This document shows positions 38,376-48,223 of a stretch of DNA of 64,000 nt, in pieces. The notes beneath the pieces are model-generated. The model saw only the letters and a list, made by a program, of their open reading frames with translations. It ran no database searches and was not told the DNA's origin. Made by a program: the position numbers and the translations under genes. How positions within the stretch are numbered: position 1 is the stretch's first letter; every line of letters begins with the position of its first letter. Source of the stretch: Candidatus Nomurabacteria bacterium (GTDB taxonomy: Bacteria; Patescibacteriota; Minisyncoccia; Phycocordibacterales; UBA9973); assembly GCA_016699085.1 (NCBI GenBank), contig CP064958.1:732619-796618 (forward strand). Reading direction: 5' to 3'.

Positions 38376-40815
38376 TACTAAGTAGGCGATCTTTTACATA
38401 AATTATTTTCTGTATAGTTTTGCCTTCGAGAGCACGGATTATTTTCTCATCAGCAAGTGCAAGATTTTTTATCGTCTCCTCTTCGATTCCCTTCTGGACC
38501 ATTAGCTCCGATCGCACTTTGCCATTTATCTGTACTACGATAGTAACTTGCTCATCAATAATCACCGTTGGATCAAACGTCGGCCATAGAGCAAGATGGA
38601 TAGATGTTTTTTCTCCAAGCTCATGCCAGAGTTCTTCGGTTATATGGGACGCAAATGGAGCAAGTATGCGAAGTAAAATTTTATATGAATTCTCTACAAT
38701 TGCTTCTTCTTTTTCAAGTGCATTAACGAGTATCATCATCTTTGCAATCGCTGTATTGAATTTATATTCTTCAATATCTTCTGTCACGCCTTTGATTGTT
38801 TTTTGCACAAGGTTATCCGTCTTGCAAACTTTTTTTTGTTTATCTATTTTAAACTGTAAACGCCATACTCGCTCTAAAAATCTCCGCACACCAACAACTC
38901 CATTTGGATCCCATGGATAGTTTGTTGTCACCCCATATGGGCCCATAAACGCTAGGTACATTCGTACGGTGTCAGCACCAAGTCGCTCAACTATTTCATC
39001 AGGGTTGATGATGTTACCCTTCGATTTACTCATTTTATTACCATCAGGGCCTAAAATAATGCCCCGATTGCGACGTATTGTATACGGCTCATTTTCTGTG
39101 ACCAGACCACAATCCTTCATTGCCTTGACCCAAAAGCGTGAATACAGTAGGTGCATCGTTGTATGTTCTGCTCCTCCCATATATAAATTAATCGGCATCC
39201 ATGCATCAATCTTTTCTTTTGCTGCAAATGCTTCATTATTATGATTATCGAGGTAACGATAAAAGTACCATGATGAATCAATAAATGTATCCATGGTTTC
39301 GACTTCTGGTTTCCAACCTTTGCCAAATAGTTTCTCTGTACGTTCAAATAATTCTTTACTCCTAGCAAGTGGTGCTGTACCGTCCGGTGTATGATCCACA
39401 TCAGTCGGCAGAATCCATGGCAAATGTTCATCTGGTACAGGATGTGCCTTACCCTTCGGATCATACACAATCGGAATCGGTGTACCCCAGTAACGCTGGC
39501 GCGATATTCCCCAATCACGCAGACGATAGGTTTTCACCATTTTTCCTCCAACAAACTCAGTGATTTTTATACGTGCTTCGTTAGAATTTAAACCATCAAA
39601 TTTCCCAGAATGCATCAATATTCCTTCGCTGGTAAAACAAAAATCTTTTGCAGTTGCAATATTCGCAACATAATCACTTGGATTACCTCGATATTGAGAA
39701 GGAACATTGCCGTGATCTGTATTTCCATCAATCACCCTCATGATTGAGAGATGATATTTTCTAGCAAATTCAAAATCTCGCTCGTCATGTGCCGGAACTG
39801 CCATAACAGCACCAGTGCCGTAACCTGCTAGTACATAGTCTGCAACCCACACTGGAACTTCCTCGCCATTGGCTGGATTGATTGCTTTAATTCCTTTGAG
39901 CTGTACGCCAGTTTTTTCTTTTGACTGCTGTCGATCTAATTCTGATTTCTTTTTTGTTTGATGTATATATTCTTCTACCTCATCCCAATTCGCAATTCGC
40001 AATTTTAAATTTTTAATAAGTTCATGCTCCGGCGCAAGTACAATGTACGTTACCCCAAAAAGCGTATCTGCGCGCGTAGTAAAAACTTTAATTCGCAATT
40101 CGTCATTCGTAATTTGAAATTCGATCTCACTTCCCTCACTCCGCCCGATCCAATTTCGCTGTGCTGCCTTGATTTCTTCCGGCCATGCAAGAGTGTCTAG
40201 ATCATCAATCAATCGATCAGCATATTTGGTAATCCTGAGCATCCACTGCTCTTGATTCTTTTGAATTACTTCACTACCACATCGTTCACAACACCCATCG
40301 ACAACTTGCTCGTTGGCAAGCACGGTCTGATCTTTGGGACACCAGTTTACTTTTGTCACATCACGGTATACCAGATCTTTTTTTAAGAATTGATTGAACA
40401 TCCATTGTGTCCATTTGTAATATTCAGGGGCACAAGAAACAACTTCACGATCCCAGTCAAACATCGCACCCATTGATCGAAACTGTATTCGCATTCTATC
40501 CATTTGTTCATAGGTTAAGACTTTTGGATCAGCGCCGAGTTTGATAGCAGCATTCTCTGCTGGTAGTCCAAAGGCATCAAAACCCATCGGGTAGAGTACG
40601 TTGTATCCTTGCATGCGTTTAAACCGAGCATGGATATCGGGTACAGAGAAAGCGTACCAATGACCGACGTGGAGATTGCCGGATGGATACGTAAACTCAA
40701 CTAATTCGTAGAAATTTTTCTTACCTACTAGAGTATCGGGGACGCTATAAATACTCTGCTTCTCCCATTCGTCCTGCCATTTTTTCTCTATATCTTTGTG
40801 ATTATAGCTTTCCAT
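38365..40815 (-). CDS. leuS: leucine--tRNA ligase
   Basis: YPSGNLHVGH (HIGH), GFDAFGLPAENAA, KMSKSKGN; 816 aa. Confidence 0.95.
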   Translation of the reverse strand: MESYNHKDIEKKWQDEWEKQSIYSVPDTLVGKKNFYELVEFTYPSGNLHVGHWYAFSVPDIHARFKRMQGYNVLYPMGFDAFGLPAENAAIKLGADPKVLTYEQMDRMRIQFRSMGAMFDWDREVVSCAPEYYKWTQWMFNQFLKKDLVYRDVTKVNWCPKDQTVLANEQVVDGCCERCGSEVIQKNQEQWMLRITKYADRLIDDLDTLAWPEEIKAAQRNWIGRSEGSEIEFQITNDELRIKVFTTRADTLFGVTYIVLAPEHELIKNLKLRIANWDEVEEYIHQTKKKSELDRQQSKEKTGVQLKGIKAINPANGEEVPVWVADYVLAGYGTGAVMAVPAHDERDFEFARKYHLSIMRVIDGNTDHGNVPSQYRGNPSDYVANIATAKDFCFTSEGILMHSGKFDGLNSNEARIKITEFVGGKMVKTYRLRDWGISRQRYWGTPIPIVYDPKGKAHPVPDEHLPWILPTDVDHTPDGTAPLARSKELFERTEKLFGKGWKPEVETMDTFIDSSWYFYRYLDNHNNEAFAAKEKIDAWMPINLYMGGAEHTTMHLLYSRFWVKAMKDCGLVTENEPYTIRRNRGIILGPDGNKMSKSKGNIINPDEIVERLGADTVRMYLAFMGPYGVTTNYPWDPNGVVGVRRFLERVWRLQFKIDKQKKVCKTDNLVQKTIKGVTEDIEEYKFNTAIAKMMILVNALEKEEAIVENSYKILLRILAPFASHITEELWHELGEKTSIHLALWPTFDPTVIIDEQVTIVVQINGKVRSELMVQKGIEEETIKNLALADEKIIRALEGKTIQKIIYVKDRLLSIVV

Positions 40816-40863
40816 GAATGTACAAAATATAACAAAAAAACCTCGCCAAAGCGAGGTTTAGTT

Positions 40864-41454
40864 TTATTCTTTGATCTTCTTAATCCCGAGCCATATGAGT
40901 GCTATGAGCGCGGCTGCGAGCACTGCAACACGTAGCCAATCATGCATATTGCTCCAATACCTCATCGCACCGACAAGAAGCGATATCACACCCCCAAATG
41001 AAAACCCGAACGAGACTACAGAGAACGTCGTAAGGTATGCACCGGCGACAAGCGACAGAACACCCAAGATTACTAGGACGATAAATACATTACGATCGTA
41101 GAGAGCATGAGTAGTATCATATGATTTCTGACAACTATACGTCGCATTGCAGTAGCCACTAATTTCTGTGCCGACTGGTATCGGTTTGGTCAAACCATTT
41201 GCATCCGTCGAAATCGGCACGGTCGTTTCATTCCATTGACCGCCATCAGCGACACACATAACTTTGTCTGTGTAGGCTTTGGTTGTAATATCTGACGTAC
41301 AAAAATTCTCCCATTCTGGTGCTTTATAGATAAGCGAAATAGCATAGTTGAAGAAAAGATTGAGCACGACAACTATTCCGAGTACTAATGCCCATTTTAA
41401 AATCTGTTTGGTCTTTTGACTTTTTTGCACAACATCAGGTGATAATGTATCCAT
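40864..41454 (-). CDS. membrane protein with Cys-containing extracytoplasmic domain, hypothetical
   Basis: ORF track; N- and C-terminal TM segments. Confidence 0.4.
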   Translation of the reverse strand: MDTLSPDVVQKSQKTKQILKWALVLGIVVVLNLFFNYAISLIYKAPEWENFCTSDITTKAYTDKVMCVADGGQWNETTVPISTDANGLTKPIPVGTEISGYCNATYSCQKSYDTTHALYDRNVFIVLVILGVLSLVAGAYLTTFSVVSFGFSFGGVISLLVGAMRYWSNMHDWLRVAVLAAALIALIWLGIKKIKE

Positions 41455-41513
41455 AAAAATAGTTTATTCTTGTATCTTTATAGTATACTACAGAAAGTTT
41501 CTCTATCACTACT

Positions 41514-41894
41514 ATGCATTTCCCAAATCGTAATGAACGTAACAAAAAAATAAGCCATGCTTCAGACCGAGCTACCAAATGGATCGGGTCAACTAACTCG
41601 CTTGTAGTCCATACTATTTTCTTTGCAGGCATGCTCGTGCTCGCCTTTACTACAGATATAGGCTTCGATAAGATCCTGCTCGTTCTAACAACTTTAGTAT
41701 CACTCGAAGCAATCTATCTATCGATCTTTATCCAAATGACCGTCAACAAACACAGCGAAGAACTCGAGGAGGTTTCTGAAGACATTGAGGAGATCCAAGA
41801 AGATGTCGATGAAATTCAAGAAAATATCGAGGACATACAGGAAGATGTCGAAAAAACTACTGAGGAAAAACGGCAAAAAATTATAGTTTCATAG
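41514..41894 (+). CDS. small 2-TM membrane protein with acidic EEI/QED repeat tail (DUF1003-like)
   Basis: ORF track; repeated E-(D/E)-I-(E/Q)-E-(D/N)-(I/V) heptads. Confidence 0.4.
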   Translation: MHFPNRNERNKKISHASDRATKWIGSTNSLVVHTIFFAGMLVLAFTTDIGFDKILLVLTTLVSLEAIYLSIFIQMTVNKHSEELEEVSEDIEEIQEDVDEIQENIEDIQEDVEKTTEEKRQKIIVS

Positions 41895-41964
41895 ATTTAA
41901 AAACAAAAACCAGATGATATTTAAGCATTTAAAAAAGAGGCCATGAAAGCCTCTTTTTATTTCC

Positions 41965-43077
41965 CTAAATCTTAAACTCAATCACGTCGCCGTCTTTCAC
42001 AATATAATCCTTGCCTTCTGTGCGAACCAAGCCTTTGGCCCTAGCTTCACCATATGAGCCCGCATCGATAAGTGTTCGCCAATTTATGACTTCGGCTCGG
42101 ATAAATTTATCTTTGAAATCTGTATGGATCGCGGTGCCAGCAATAGGTGCAGAACTACCCTTTGCTATGGTCCATGCACGTGTCTCATCTTCACCGGTTG
42201 TTAGAAATGTCTCAAGTTCCAATAGATTGTAACCAGACGTGATCAGACTATTGATACCATCATCATTGCCACCGAGTGCCTCACGCATTTCCCTTTTCTC
42301 GCCACCTTCGAAATCTTTGAGCTCATCTTCGATTTTTGCATCCAAGAGCACCCAGTTAGCTTTCGTGCTTTCAATATACTCAGTCAATTCTTTAAATTCT
42401 TGTGGATTTGTTTCGTCGAAATTTTTTGCCCCTGCACGTTTATTGAACCCATAGAGAATGGGCTTCATGGTAAGGAGCGAGAGTTGCTTGGCTTTGAGTA
42501 TTTCTTTTTCATCGAAGGCGATGGTATTTGCCATTTGCTCAGCCTCAAGAGCAACAATAATTTTATTGAGTACTACTTCCTCAAGTATCGCTTCCTTATC
42601 ACCCTTTTTAATATCTTTGGCAATATTCCCGAGCCGCTTGGTTGCTGTTTCAAGATCGGCAATGATGAGTTCAAGATTGATCACTTTGATATCACGGAGT
42701 GGATCGAGATCACCATAGACATGTTGAATATCATTACCGGCATCTGCCTTGATTGGGAAAATCCGCACCATTTCGAATATGGCATCAGTCTCACGAATGT
42801 TCGCTAGGAATTTATTACCAAGTCCCTCACCTTTGGATGCACCTGCAACAAGTCCCGCAATGTCGACGAATTCGATTACACCAGGGATTGTTTTCTTTGA
42901 TTTGGAGAACTCTGAAAGTTTCCAAATACGCTCATCAGGCACGGGCACAATACCTACTGATGGATCAATCGTACAGAATGGATAGTTCTCAGCTGGAACG
43001 CTTTTCTTCGTAAGCGCATTAAACAGCGTCGACTTGCCGACATTAGGAAGGCCTACAATACCGATAGATAGACTCAT
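41965..43077 (-). CDS. ychF: ribosome-binding ATPase YchF
   Basis: IGIVGLPNVGKSTLFNALT; TGS-type C-terminal domain. Confidence 0.95.
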   Translation of the reverse strand: MSLSIGIVGLPNVGKSTLFNALTKKSVPAENYPFCTIDPSVGIVPVPDERIWKLSEFSKSKKTIPGVIEFVDIAGLVAGASKGEGLGNKFLANIRETDAIFEMVRIFPIKADAGNDIQHVYGDLDPLRDIKVINLELIIADLETATKRLGNIAKDIKKGDKEAILEEVVLNKIIVALEAEQMANTIAFDEKEILKAKQLSLLTMKPILYGFNKRAGAKNFDETNPQEFKELTEYIESTKANWVLLDAKIEDELKDFEGGEKREMREALGGNDDGINSLITSGYNLLELETFLTTGEDETRAWTIAKGSSAPIAGTAIHTDFKDKFIRAEVINWRTLIDAGSYGEARAKGLVRTEGKDYIVKDGDVIEFKI

Positions 43078-43079
43078 GA

Positions 43080-43385
43080 CTATTTTTTGAGCAAGTTCTG
43101 CAGCTGTGACTGATACTTCTTCATGATGAGGAGCGACGCCATTTGCTCATTCATGCCTTTTTTGGTTTCAGCTTTAATTTCTTCTTGAATTTTTTTGAAA
43201 AGATCCGGATCCTTATCCATGATCTCCATCACCATATCGATTTGCTCATCGGGCACACCTCGGGACTTCAACATTTTTTTAACTAAGAAAGTTTTGATTG
43301 ACATACAGTTACTGTAACAAACAAAGCTCGGTATCGCAATTACCTTGACTTTTATATATAATTGTGATACAATATATTCAAACAA
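43080..43385 (-). CDS. hypothetical protein (101 aa)
   Basis: ORF track. Confidence 0.35.
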   Translation of the reverse strand: MFEYIVSQLYIKVKVIAIPSFVCYSNCMSIKTFLVKKMLKSRGVPDEQIDMVMEIMDKDPDLFKKIQEEIKAETKKGMNEQMASLLIMKKYQSQLQNLLKK

Positions 43386-43399
43386 AACAAACTCAGTCT

Positions 43400-43966
43400 A
43401 TGAAAAAATTGTTCATTTTTCTCGCAATAGTGAAATATCTTTTTCTTCCATTATTTGTTTCTGGTCAGGTGCAAGTTTATGGCCGCTATACTTTAGATGG
43501 CACAATTGAGCCAGATGTAAATGTATTCATCAGTAAACCCTTTAGTGATTCCAGTAAGTTTTCATTTACCAGTTTTACATTGGTTGAGCAAAACTGGGCT
43601 GAAGCACTAGTTGGTCTATCGTACTCACCTAAAAGCTGGTTGAATATCGGGTTAAGTGCAGGAATTGAACACAATCCTGCATTGTACCGATTTGCAGGAA
43701 GTGTATGGCTTGGTAAAGATAGAAGTTCACTTCTATTCCTTTGGGAAAAGGGCGACGGAAATGATAATTATTGGTATAAGACAACTGCACTTTATGATAT
43801 TTCCACGAAAGTAAGTCTGGGTGCAATTGCATGGAGATTCCACGGAATAGGGCCCGTGGCAATATATAATGTGAGAAAACTGGATTCGAAATTTTGGGTC
43901 ATGCCAGCGCATGATTTTGAATTCAATGAAAATAGAGTGATGTTTGGTGTTGATATTGGTATATAA
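43400..43966 (+). CDS. secreted hypothetical protein (signal peptide; beta-rich)
   Basis: Start set at MKKLFIFLAIV (ATG 43400); alternating hydrophobic pattern. Confidence 0.45.
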   Translation: MKKLFIFLAIVKYLFLPLFVSGQVQVYGRYTLDGTIEPDVNVFISKPFSDSSKFSFTSFTLVEQNWAEALVGLSYSPKSWLNIGLSAGIEHNPALYRFAGSVWLGKDRSSLLFLWEKGDGNDNYWYKTTALYDISTKVSLGAIAWRFHGIGPVAIYNVRKLDSKFWVMPAHDFEFNENRVMFGVDIGI

Positions 43967-44041
43967 CGATATCCTGGGCTACACACATACCTCGTCGAAA
44001 ATTTATTCGGCGGGGTTTTTATTTTTATTTTTTATTTTCTT

Positions 44042-44091
44042 CGCATTATATAATTTATATACACGGCCGTGTATATAAATTATATAATGCG
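44042..44091. promoter_or_regulatory. perfect 50-bp palindrome (25+25) centred on GG|CC
   Basis: cgcattatataatttatatacacgg | ccgtgtatataaattatataatgcg verified base by base; about 60 bp upstream of the udg start. Confidence 0.7.
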
Positions 44092-44151
44092 ATTCTTTTG
44101 TTTCGTAGTAACCTCTATAATGAATCCAGTTTTTGTTATACTAGATTTACT

Positions 44152-44730
44152 ATGTCCAAAGCAGAAGCACTGCAACAAATCCACCAGAAATGGTTCACTG
44201 CTTGCGATTGTGAATTGAAAAAAACTGCTACTCAGCCAGTACCGGGCAACGGCAATCCAGATGCAGATATTGTTTTTATCGGTGAAGCTCCAGGTAAAAG
44301 TGAAGACAAGGAAGGCATACCCTTCATCGGAGCAGCAGGCAAATTCCTAGCTGAAATGCTCGAGAGTATCGGTATGAAGCGAGAAGATATCTATATTACG
44401 AACATCGTGAAGTATCGACCGCCAGACAATCGCGATCCAGAGCAAGGCGAGAAAGAAGCCTGTGCTCCCTGGCTCTATGAAGAGCTCAATTTTATCGAAC
44501 CGAAACTTATTATTTTCCTCGGCCGGCACTCTATGAATGACTTTTTCCCAGAGCTAACTATCTCCAACGTTCATGGCAAGCTCATCCATAAAAAATTCAA
44601 GCATATACATACTGAATATTTCCTCCCCCTCTACCATCCAGCTGCCGCACTCTACAACGGCGGCATGCGCAATACACTACTTAAAGATTTCAAAAAAATT
44701 CCTACGATACTGAAGAAAATCGATACTTAA
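44152..44730 (+). CDS. udg: uracil-DNA glycosylase, family 4
   Basis: GEAPG motif (FIGEAPGKSED) and the C-terminal HP motif region. Start set at MSKAEALQ (ATG 44152); the longest ORF extends to 44098. Confidence 0.85.
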   Translation: MSKAEALQQIHQKWFTACDCELKKTATQPVPGNGNPDADIVFIGEAPGKSEDKEGIPFIGAAGKFLAEMLESIGMKREDIYITNIVKYRPPDNRDPEQGEKEACAPWLYEELNFIEPKLIIFLGRHSMNDFFPELTISNVHGKLIHKKFKHIHTEYFLPLYHPAAALYNGGMRNTLLKDFKKIPTILKKIDT

Positions 44731-44765
44731 TAAAAATAAAACTCCTCAAAAATGAGGAGTGGTAA

Positions 44766-45308
44766 CTATTCAATAATTTCAAGTGTTTCACCTTTTACAA
44801 GGGAATTGATAATTACTTGTGCCTGATCAGTTTTTTTGACTTTAATTATTTGAGAATCATCAGCGCGTATTTTAAGGTTCTCTATTTCTTTTTGCAAATT
44901 AGCGAAGAGTTCATCAATTTTTTTATATCGATTAACTTGAGGCGGTTTAGTGCTAGAAGTATTTCTCTTATCAATTTTTTTCTCTTGCAAAACTCCTAAC
45001 CCTCTACTAAATGAGATAGTCACTTTCTTACTTGTAGATTGGCCTCGGGGATTAAGACCATTTTTTGCAAGTAAATCTAATGCCTTTCTTGCATTTTGAA
45101 GTTCATTGAATTCAAGAATTAGTTTTTTGGCTTTTTTCGTAATTTTGTTCCTACTATAATGCCATTTCTTTTTTATGTTGATTCCTCTTCTGTTCCCAGG
45201 TTTACAAATGAGCTTAATTGTCTCAAGTAATAAAACTACTTTTTTGACCAACTCTTGTCTTGGGTCTAAAATTTTTCTAACTTGTTTTCTTTTTGTTTTC
45301 GTAGCCAT
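44766..45308 (-). CDS. highly basic (K/R-rich) hypothetical protein
   Basis: ORF track; pI clearly high; separated from the upstream gene by a terminator. Confidence 0.4.
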   Translation of the reverse strand: MATKTKRKQVRKILDPRQELVKKVVLLLETIKLICKPGNRRGINIKKKWHYSRNKITKKAKKLILEFNELQNARKALDLLAKNGLNPRGQSTSKKVTISFSRGLGVLQEKKIDKRNTSSTKPPQVNRYKKIDELFANLQKEIENLKIRADDSQIIKVKKTDQAQVIINSLVKGETLEIIE

Positions 45309-45361
45309 GAAATGAAATTTCTTTTAATGTACGATATATATTTGTAAAAGTCAAGGAAAAC

Positions 45362-45392
45362 AAAACCCCCTTCATTGAAGGGGGTTGATATA
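45362..45392 (-). terminator. terminator aaccccctt cattg aagggggtt
   Basis: 9-bp GC-rich stem plus T-run on the minus strand after the GHKL ATPase gene. Confidence 0.6.
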
Positions 45393-45410
45393 CAAATACC
45401 AGCTAATTTA

Positions 45411-47441
45411 TTATTTTTCCTTTAGTTCATTTTCAAACGTCGTCATAAACTCAGACCCAACATACATTGCCTTCCTAACTGATAAACCATTTCGTGCAAT
45501 TTGATCTGCAGCACCCGCCATTGCTATTGCATTTAAGACGTGCTGAAAAGCTGTTGGCCAATTAGAATGTTCAAGTGCTTCATATAAAGGGTTCATAAGT
45601 GGGTTAATCACCAAGGTAGGTAATTCCTCTTCATCATCATGCTCAACTTGAACAATACAATCTGTATAGTGCATACCAAAAGTCATCACATAATATTCTT
45701 CACCCACCTTAACCACAAATGGTTTCTTTTTATCTCTTGCTACATATATATTTTTTGAAGCTATAATGCTGTTTTTAGTGTCCGTGCAAAGCAATTTCAC
45801 CATAGTTAAGTTGGTATCCTTTGGTACTAGCACCCTAACAATTTTTTGATTTTCATCAAACTCCAACTCAAATCCTTTTGAAATTCCATCAAACATCCAG
45901 AGTACTTTATTCGTCGTTGTACGACAAATTTCATACTGTGCAATATCTTCTGGATTAACATAGCTAGGCCCTTTAATAAAGGGTTTAATTGATTCATTTG
46001 TGACAGTAACTTGAATTGTATGTTCTCCAAATTCACCGACTGCAACAACTTCACATACTCCATTTTTAGATCCGGCCTTAAACTCAACCCTTTGTCCTTC
46101 TCCAGTTACCTTTACTAAACCATCTTTTGGGCTTTCCCATAAAGTCTGGGAAAAGTCAAACTGTTCTGTCCCTTTATTGTGTAAGGTAATTGTTCTTGAT
46201 TCTCCTATCTGGATTTGCACACTTCTCGGCACAATATAGACTGGACGATCAATAGATACAGGATATTGAGCACTTTTAGCAGGTGCTAGTGCATTGCCGG
46301 ACAAACGTTGCACATGAAGGGGTTCTGGAAAAAGCCTACCACTCACTTCTGCTATCTTACTGAGTATTAGCTGCTGTTGAGTAATTGATTTTTCAACTTT
46401 CACTTTATCAGTAAGCTCTGCAAGTCGGCCTGCAACCACTGTAAGGATCGCAACCAACTGAATACATCCTCTTCCTTGATAAAAATCTTCAGTGAAGCTT
46501 CCGTCATGTGTTCTAAATACATTTCCATTTTCAATATAAATATGGCCTCCAACAGAATTCAAGACTTTAGTCACCATTAATTTTTGATCTTTGGATAAAG
46601 TCTTAAACAAATCATTCCAGCTCATAATTTTATTTATAGGACCACAAATATGTGGCCCATCATTTGAAGCACCATAGTATAATTCAAGTTCAACCTTACC
46701 CAACTGAACACTTTCATCATGAAATAAAAAGAGTGTCCCAGCAATTTGTTGCAGTTTAAGTTGTTTCCATTGATGCTCAATAAAGACAGTAACGCGATCA
46801 CTCGTCCGTGGAGCTATTTCATCGTCTTCTGAAAGCGTTTTGAAGATTTGTTCAGTATTCTTAACTTTCTTTTTATCGAATCCAGTCAATATAATAGTTG
46901 ACCCTGTCTTTCTCTTGCCACTTTTCCAGATTTGTTCAAATTCCTCTTTTTTCATCTCTCGTGCATATTCAACCACACTTGCATCTGCACCTTTTTTGAA
47001 AATTTCCAATAGATAGTCAAAGTCGAAAGAGACTTCGATACCGCGAGGATATTCTTCAGATACAGTTATGATCGTCACTTTTGTATTTTTCAAATCACCA
47101 AGTGCAAGAAGAAATTTAATCCCTGTACCATTAGCGCCTATAGTCTTTTTGTCTGTTCGTAAACGTGAAGAAGCTGCATATCCCATTACTGAATTTAAAC
47201 CTTTTCGATCAAAACCAACACCGTCATCCATGGTAATAAGTGCTTCCTTGCCGCGAAAGCTTCCAAGCATAATACGTACATTTTCTGCGCGAGCATCGAT
47301 AGCATTATTTATTGTTTCGCGTAATGATACTGCTAATGCTTGAACACCACGCACAGGTTGCTCAATGTTTTGCCGAAGCATTGTTTCATACCCCACATCA
47401 GGAGTAATTGCATAATGTTTTAATTCTTTTGTCCCTACCAT
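45411..47441 (-). CDS. GHKL-superfamily (Hsp90/MORC-like HATPase_c_3-type) ATPase with about 400-aa C-terminal region of unknown function
   Basis: N-box LRETINNAIDA, G1 box ITMDDGVGF, G2 box IGANGTGIKFLLALGD; 676 aa. Confidence 0.65.
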   Translation of the reverse strand: MVGTKELKHYAITPDVGYETMLRQNIEQPVRGVQALAVSLRETINNAIDARAENVRIMLGSFRGKEALITMDDGVGFDRKGLNSVMGYAASSRLRTDKKTIGANGTGIKFLLALGDLKNTKVTIITVSEEYPRGIEVSFDFDYLLEIFKKGADASVVEYAREMKKEEFEQIWKSGKRKTGSTIILTGFDKKKVKNTEQIFKTLSEDDEIAPRTSDRVTVFIEHQWKQLKLQQIAGTLFLFHDESVQLGKVELELYYGASNDGPHICGPINKIMSWNDLFKTLSKDQKLMVTKVLNSVGGHIYIENGNVFRTHDGSFTEDFYQGRGCIQLVAILTVVAGRLAELTDKVKVEKSITQQQLILSKIAEVSGRLFPEPLHVQRLSGNALAPAKSAQYPVSIDRPVYIVPRSVQIQIGESRTITLHNKGTEQFDFSQTLWESPKDGLVKVTGEGQRVEFKAGSKNGVCEVVAVGEFGEHTIQVTVTNESIKPFIKGPSYVNPEDIAQYEICRTTTNKVLWMFDGISKGFELEFDENQKIVRVLVPKDTNLTMVKLLCTDTKNSIIASKNIYVARDKKKPFVVKVGEEYYVMTFGMHYTDCIVQVEHDDEEELPTLVINPLMNPLYEALEHSNWPTAFQHVLNAIAMAGAADQIARNGLSVRKAMYVGSEFMTTFENELKEK

Positions 47442-47452
47442 TATTTATCGTT

Positions 47453-48139
47453 TTAAATGTGAGAAAAATTTTTTAGAAGTTCACGTACAAGTTTTAGTGC
47501 CTTTACCGGATCTTCATTAAGCATAACAGCGATAATACTATTAATACTTCGTAAATGTTTTTTATTGTGACCGATATAAGCAATCATTTCTGGATCACTT
47601 TTGTGCGAAACTAATTGCAATTCATTAAGTGTATTCAGTAAATTCTTTGATGAAAAAGCCTCGTTTGGTTTAGATATACCATCAAAACTCTTTGCCTTTA
47701 GTAAATTTCCATTTTTCTCTGTTTGAAACAAAACACGAACCTTAAACTCTTTACCAAAAAATTTCTTCACAAGAAATGGAAGTAATTCCTCCTTCTTCTT
47801 GTATGTATCTGAAGAAATGGAAATCCTTTCCTCAACAAGCGGAAGTGTGCGATCAATTTTCCACGCAGTAATAAATTTATCCATTACTTTTTCCTCCCAA
47901 TATTCCTGCAATGTTTCATTGTTAAGTAATGCTTCAAGTATTTCATTTTCTTCTAAAGAAAGTTTAAGACTTTCAAGTTCCGTTAGTCTATATAACCGAT
48001 GCTTTATTGGAAGAGAATCTCTAACCCCCCTTAATACTTTTCTTGCACTTGATGCAGTAACGAATGCCAATGAGAAAGCCTCAAATGGATTAAGATCATT
48101 CTTTTTACACCAATCTTTAAAGGACTGTTGTCTATTCAT
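47453..48139 (-). CDS. hypothetical protein (228 aa), first gene of the GHKL-ATPase operon
   Basis: ORF track; 11-bp spacing to the downstream ATPase gene. Confidence 0.4.
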   Translation of the reverse strand: MNRQQSFKDWCKKNDLNPFEAFSLAFVTASSARKVLRGVRDSLPIKHRLYRLTELESLKLSLEENEILEALLNNETLQEYWEEKVMDKFITAWKIDRTLPLVEERISISSDTYKKKEELLPFLVKKFFGKEFKVRVLFQTEKNGNLLKAKSFDGISKPNEAFSSKNLLNTLNELQLVSHKSDPEMIAYIGHNKKHLRSINSIIAVMLNEDPVKALKLVRELLKNFSHI

Positions 48140-48223
48140 ATATATCGTTTTTAGTATTCTGTTTTAAAAGATTTTTTTATTACTTTACTATATAGAATAG
48201 AAAAGTCAAGGCTCATTCAAGAA

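Noticed and set aside
43400-43966. Outer-membrane beta-barrel assignment
   Set aside because: Alternating hydrophobic pattern is suggestive, but the C-terminus lacks a terminal aromatic and a CPR-like single-membrane cell would not have an OM; left as secreted hypothetical.
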